This document shows positions 59,521-64,000 of a DNA stretch of 64,000 nt, piece after piece. Positions within the stretch are counted from its first letter, which is position 1; each line of letters begins with the position of its first letter. Made by a program: the position numbers and the translations under genes. Below the pieces are notes generated by a model. It made no database searches and was not told the origin of the DNA. It saw only the letters and a program-made list of their open reading frames with translations. The stretch lies in NCBI GenBank assembly GCA_041752695.1, contig JBGSVZ010000035.1, positions 125,618-189,617 on the forward strand, in the 5' to 3' direction. Origin of the DNA: Terrimicrobiaceae bacterium. GTDB lineage: Bacteria; Verrucomicrobiota; Verrucomicrobiia; Chthoniobacterales; Terrimicrobiaceae.

Positions 59521-60431
59521 CCCTGCGCGACCTCACCGAGGATCGTTTTCTGGAGATCCTCCTGGAGGACCTGCCGATCGGCCGCAATGTGCTCACGGGA
59601 CCGGGCGACGACTGCGCCGTGGTGCAGGCGGCCGGTGCGCGGGAACTGCTGCTTCTGAAAACCGATTGCGTGGTGGAGGGCATTCATTACCTGCCTGAAC
59701 ACGAACCCGCCCGCGTCGGCTGGAAAGCACTCTGCCGCGCGCTCAGCGACATCGGTGCCATGGGCGGCGAACCGCAGCATGCGCTCATCACCATTTTCAC
59801 CCCGGCCAACGCCCGGGTGGAGTATTGGCGGGAGTTTTATAAAGGACTGGGAAAAGCCGCCAAGCGCTTCGGGGTGGGCATCGTGGGCGGCGAAACCTCC
59901 CGCGCCCGTCATGCGGCCGTCGCGGTGTCGTTGGTCGGACGCGTCGAAACCGGCCGCCTGCTCACCCGCTCGGGTGGCAAGCCGGGCGATCTGCTTTTTG
60001 TGACGGGAACGCTGGGCGGCTCGATCGAAGGCAAACATCTGGATTTTATCCCCCGCATCGCAGAAGGCCGCTGGCTGGGCGCCCATGGGTCCGTGCGGGC
60101 CATGATGGACCTGAGCGATGGACTGGCCACCGACCTGCCACGACTGGCCGCGGCGAGCCAGTGCGGCTTTGAGATTGACTCCTCGGCCCTGCCCAAAACC
60201 CGAGGCTGCGACGCCGAACGCGCCCTCACGGATGGCGAAGACTACGAACTTCTCCTGGCCGTGGCCCCCCGGCAGGCAGATCGCCTGAGCCGCGCCTGGA
60301 AGGAAATGTTTCCGAAGCTCCGACTCACGGAAATCGGCAAACTCACCGAGCCGGGCACGTCGTCGTCCGCCCTGCCTTTGGGATTCGACCACTTTTTCAG
60401 TTGCCAGCGAGCCCCGGACAAGGCGAGTTAG
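59499..60431 (+). CDS. thiL: Thiamine-monophosphate kinase
   Basis: GPGDDCA, SDIGAMGG, GGET, DLSDGL, GEDYELL. Confidence 0.92.
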   Translation: MAGHAPVTLRDLTEDRFLEILLEDLPIGRNVLTGPGDDCAVVQAAGARELLLLKTDCVVEGIHYLPEHEPARVGWKALCRALSDIGAMGGEPQHALITIFTPANARVEYWREFYKGLGKAAKRFGVGIVGGETSRARHAAVAVSLVGRVETGRLLTRSGGKPGDLLFVTGTLGGSIEGKHLDFIPRIAEGRWLGAHGSVRAMMDLSDGLATDLPRLAAASQCGFEIDSSALPKTRGCDAERALTDGEDYELLLAVAPRQADRLSRAWKEMFPKLRLTEIGKLTEPGTSSSALPLGFDHFFSCQRAPDKAS

Positions 60432-60438
60432 GAGCCGG

Positions 60439-61509
60439 ATGATCCGGATCAAATACCACGCGCCCGGCACGGCCCCCGCGACGCTGGAAAAGCCCGCCGA
60501 CGGAGACAGCCGTCCCTCCGAGATTTCCCTCATCCAGTACGATTCCGAAACCATCTTCGAGGGAAAATTTGAAACCTTCGAGGAATTGATGGCCCGCTAT
60601 GATCCGGCAAAAGTCAACTGGATCAATATTGACGGCCTCGGCAGCCTCGATGTGCTGAAAAAACTCGGCGAACGTTTCGAGATCCATCCCCTCGCCCTGG
60701 AGGACGTGCTGAACACCACCCAGCGCCCCAAGGTCGAACGCTACGCGGAACACTTTTTCGTGGTCAGCGAAATGATCTACCAGGAAGCCAATCGCATCAC
60801 GGTCGAGCAACTGAGCCTGTTTCTCGGGGATTCCTACGTCATCACCTTGCAGGAGGAATGCGGGCACGATGTCTTCGAAACCGTGCGCGCCCGCCTGCGT
60901 TCCGGTCGCGGCTTTGCCCGCAAAATGAAGGAAGACTACCTCACCTACGCCCTGCTGGATGCCACCGTGGACCAGTTTTTTCCCATCCTCGAAAAGGTCG
61001 GTGACAGCATCGAAGCCATCGAGGATGAATTGCTCCACAAGCCCACCAAGGAAACGCTGAAAAAACTCTACGAAGGGAAACGCCTGCTGATGCAACTGCG
61101 CCGCGCCGCCTGGCCGCAGAGGGAAATATTCAACACCCTGATGCGCGATGATTCCGGGCTGGTTTCCAAGGAGACCCAGGTTTTTCTGCGCGATTGCTAT
61201 GACCACACCACCCAGATCATCGACATTCTGGAAAGCTTCCGCGACCTCGCGGCCGGCCTGATGGACGTTTATCTCTCCAGCCTCGGCTTCCGAACCAATG
61301 AGATCATGCGGGTGCTCACGGTATTTTCGGTGTTTTTCATGCCGCTCACCTTCATTGCCGGTGTTTATGGGATGAATTTTGACCCCGACGTTTCCCCCTT
61401 CAACATGCCGGAACTGAAATGGTATTTTGGCTACCCCATCTGCCTCTTTGTCATGGCGGCAGTGGCGGTGGGCATGATGATTTTCTTTAAGCGAAAACAC
61501 TGGTTGTGA
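60439..61509 (+). CDS. corA: Magnesium/cobalt transporter CorA
   Basis: HPLALEDV, QRPK, YGMNF, MPEL. Confidence 0.95.
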   Translation: MIRIKYHAPGTAPATLEKPADGDSRPSEISLIQYDSETIFEGKFETFEELMARYDPAKVNWINIDGLGSLDVLKKLGERFEIHPLALEDVLNTTQRPKVERYAEHFFVVSEMIYQEANRITVEQLSLFLGDSYVITLQEECGHDVFETVRARLRSGRGFARKMKEDYLTYALLDATVDQFFPILEKVGDSIEAIEDELLHKPTKETLKKLYEGKRLLMQLRRAAWPQREIFNTLMRDDSGLVSKETQVFLRDCYDHTTQIIDILESFRDLAAGLMDVYLSSLGFRTNEIMRVLTVFSVFFMPLTFIAGVYGMNFDPDVSPFNMPELKWYFGYPICLFVMAAVAVGMMIFFKRKHWL

Positions 61510-62603
61510 AATCCATCCTGATTCTCACAGCCTGTTTCGGGGAGGGGCACAATGCGGCCGCCCGCAACCTTCGCGAGGCCCTGCTCGCTGCTTCACCAGA
61601 CAGCAATGTCGTCGTGAGCGACGTTTTTCTGGAAGCTTACGGATGGGTCAATCGACTGAGCGCCAAGGGATACCTCGCCGTCATCAATCATCTGCCCGGC
61701 GTCTGGCAAAAAGCCTTCGAGATCCTCGACCGGACACTCATCGTCGAACAACACATCGGTTTATACCGGGCGGCCGCCAACCTGCTGGAGAGACGCCTCG
61801 ACGAACTGCGCCCCGACATTATGGTTTCGGTCTATCCGGGCTGCAATCACCTCCTGGACTACGTGATGCGGCGAAGGGTGCGGAGGGCGTTTCGCACCGT
61901 CACGATCATTACGGATTCCCTCACCATCAACTCCGTCTGGCACCGCGCGCACAGTGACGTTTTTCTCGTGGCCAACGAGGCGACCGCCGCGGTCGTGCGC
62001 GACGCCGGGGTACCGGAAAAAAAGATCCTGGCTCCGGGATTTCCCGTGCCCCGCATCTTCGCGAGCTTCGAAAACATCCGGCCCACTCCGCCCACGGACG
62101 GCAAATGGAAGGTGCTTTACGTGATCAACTCCGGCCGTCACCGCGCTCCCGGAATCGTCCGCGCATTGCTGGGCTTGAAAAACATCACCCTCAGCGTGAC
62201 CGTCGGCAGGGACGAGAGCCTGCGCGGCGAACTCGAAGCGGTGGCAGGCGACAATCCTCTCACCATTCACGGCTGGACCCCCGAACTGCCCCGCCTCATG
62301 GCGGAGAGCCACCTGCTCATCAGCAAAGCCGGCGGAGCGACCGTTCAGGAAACCCTCGCCGCCCGCACCCCGATGATCATCACGCAAATTGTTCCCGGAC
62401 AGGAGGAAGGCAACGCGCGGCTCGTTTTGGAAAATGGGGCCGGCGCCCTCGCCACCGATGCGGCCGCGATCGCAGAGGCCGTCCGTAATGCCTTTCAAGA
62501 CGACGCGAGACAGTGGCACGCCTGGCACGAAGCCACCGGCCCGCTGAGCCGACCGTCGGCCTCAGACGAGATTGCGCGGTATCTGCTCGACGGCGCGAAG
62601 TAA
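61506..62603 (+). CDS. MGDG synthase-like glycosyltransferase (GT28)
   Basis: GEGHNAAA, ITD, SKAGGATVQE, PGQEEGNA. Confidence 0.88.
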   Translation: MKSILILTACFGEGHNAAARNLREALLAASPDSNVVVSDVFLEAYGWVNRLSAKGYLAVINHLPGVWQKAFEILDRTLIVEQHIGLYRAAANLLERRLDELRPDIMVSVYPGCNHLLDYVMRRRVRRAFRTVTIITDSLTINSVWHRAHSDVFLVANEATAAVVRDAGVPEKKILAPGFPVPRIFASFENIRPTPPTDGKWKVLYVINSGRHRAPGIVRALLGLKNITLSVTVGRDESLRGELEAVAGDNPLTIHGWTPELPRLMAESHLLISKAGGATVQETLAARTPMIITQIVPGQEEGNARLVLENGAGALATDAAAIAEAVRNAFQDDARQWHAWHEATGPLSRPSASDEIARYLLDGAK

Positions 62604-62637
62604 GACCACGCCGACATCCGGCCCTCCCCACCCGTCT

Positions 62638-63276
62638 TCACTTTCGCGGACGGCGGATGACACGGAGCTTGGCACTGCTACCACCACCGCAGAAAAACCG
62701 GTCGTCCCCATCCGACTCGAGCCCGGACACCCCGACACCGGCCGGCATATCGAGACTCTCAAAAACCTCGCCCGTTTCGGGATCAATGCGCCGCACATCG
62801 CTCTCGCCGTTTTCCTCCCACGTCCCATGCCAGAGTTCCCCGTCCACCCAGGTCACCCCCGTGACCACACGATCGGATTTGATCGAACGCAGGATTTCCC
62901 CGGTGCTCGGATCGAGTTTATGGATTTGCCGACCGTCCGCCTGGCCCACCCACAACGCGCCCTCCGCCCAGGCCATACCAGAACTGTCATCCACCGTCGG
63001 CGCGGGAATGGTGGAGAGCACTTCCCCGGTCGCGGGATCAACCTTGCGGATGAACCCCTCGGAAATCTGGTACAGATGACAGCCATCGAAGGCGGTTCCC
63101 GCTTTCGCCGGGACTTCGAGAAAACGCAGAATTTCTCCGGTGTCCGGATCGGACGCGTTCAGCCGCTCTCCGGACGCCCACCAAACGGCGCTCCCGTCGA
63201 ACGTGACTCCGGCAATATTCTCGGCACCCGCAAAAGGTCCGAATTCCTGGATAATGGTGGCCTGGGTTTTGATCAT
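62638..63276 (-). CDS. Beta-propeller protein (glutamine cyclotransferase-like)
   Basis: Repeated DP.TGE.L blades; G.TFDG and G.AW motifs. Confidence 0.7.
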   Translation of the reverse strand: MIKTQATIIQEFGPFAGAENIAGVTFDGSAVWWASGERLNASDPDTGEILRFLEVPAKAGTAFDGCHLYQISEGFIRKVDPATGEVLSTIPAPTVDDSSGMAWAEGALWVGQADGRQIHKLDPSTGEILRSIKSDRVVTGVTWVDGELWHGTWEENGESDVRRIDPETGEVFESLDMPAGVGVSGLESDGDDRFFCGGGSSAKLRVIRRPRK

Positions 63277-63285
63277 GGTGGCAGC

Positions 63286-63999
63286 CTAACCGGTTTCGAA
63301 CGGAGGCGGGAGTAACAAGATTGTCGGGAATTCCGGAACCGTCGCCAGCGTCCACCGCCGGGCGCGTCCCAGCCCAAACCACTGCACTTTTCCCGCACCT
63401 GCCAGCTCGCCGAGCGAACGCTGGACAGTGCGCGCACTGCCCCCCAAGGCCATCGCGAGCGCCGAACTCGTCCACGCCTCCCCATCCGACAACAGAGCCA
63501 ACACGGCCGCACCCGCATCATCCTCCGGCCAGGCCAAAACATGGACCACCCCTCCGCTCCTCGGCCGCAGGACAAATCCGCCTTTCGTCGCCCCGATATC
63601 CAGAAAGGGGGCGGTCAGCTTGCGCAGACGGCCGATTTCCACCCGCAGCCTCGCGCGGTGCGACCCATCGATGCGCCTCGCCCCAAAAGCGCCAGCCACG
63701 AGCGCCTCGCGCGAAACGTCCCCCGGCGACGCTTCCGCCAGCGCCCTCACCAGCGCAAACAAAACCGGACGGGTGGAAAGGGGCACTCCCGCCAGACCGA
63801 GGCGCACAACCCGCCGGCAGGCATCAACAACCAGCACGCGTGATCGCAGGAGTGTTGCCACCTCGTCGAGCCGGAGCAGGCGTTCCCTTCCCCGCGTGAT
63901 CAGGCGGGCGGCAGGCTCGTCGAGCACCCGCGCCGCTTTCTCCACTTCGACCCGCAGGGCGGGAATTCCGCTGCGCACCGCCGCGGCACGCGCCTCCGC
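63286..63999 (-). CDS. HTH-domain transcriptional regulator (5' end outside the window)
   Basis: Winged-helix-like RLRVEIGRLR and C-terminal SSALAMALGGSARTVQRSL; frame open to the window edge. Confidence 0.7.
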   Translation of the reverse strand, partial: AEARAAAVRSGIPALRVEVEKAARVLDEPAARLITRGRERLLRLDEVATLLRSRVLVVDACRRVVRLGLAGVPLSTRPVLFALVRALAEASPGDVSREALVAGAFGARRIDGSHRARLRVEIGRLRKLTAPFLDIGATKGGFVLRPRSGGVVHVLAWPEDDAGAAVLALLSDGEAWTSSALAMALGGSARTVQRSLGELAGAGKVQWFGLGRARRWTLATVPEFPTILLLPPPFETG

Positions 64000-64000
64000 G

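Overview
GC-rich bacterial chromosomal window. Gene content and repeat types suggest a verrucomicrobial host (inference). Left end (1-3.85 kb): the lower-GC end of an integrative element (hypothetical gene, decayed vWA gene, excisionase-like HTH, tyrosine integrase) inserted at the 3' end of tRNA-Leu(CAA). Core and metabolic genes follow: nfeD-floA, a GAF-PP2C plus anti-sigma kinase pair, a LacI-controlled sugar-acid operon, glpFKD, and a 10.8-kb anaerobic operon (nifJ, DHODH-like, ackA, pta, nrdD, small glycyl-radical ORF, nrdG) in which class III RNR is split in two. Further on are argD/argF, hppA, a phosphosugar mutase, kamA, a REP-associated tyrosine transposase (RAYT) flanked by GTAG REPs, uvrB, TA modules, and holA-nrdR-HIT. 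At about 47.7-56.2 kb is an accessory island and the best candidate for an undescribed system: an XRE regulator divergent from a four-gene operon (peptidase-like unknown, TPR protein, EVE-McrB GTPase, DUF2357-McrC nuclease with a second EVE/PUA-like domain), followed by an unknown+PIN pair and bounded by REP-like repeats. Right end: rsmA-NUDIX fusion, sppA, CPBP protease, thiL, corA, a glycosyltransferase and two partly known genes. All calls rest on motif recognition by eye; no database searches were run.
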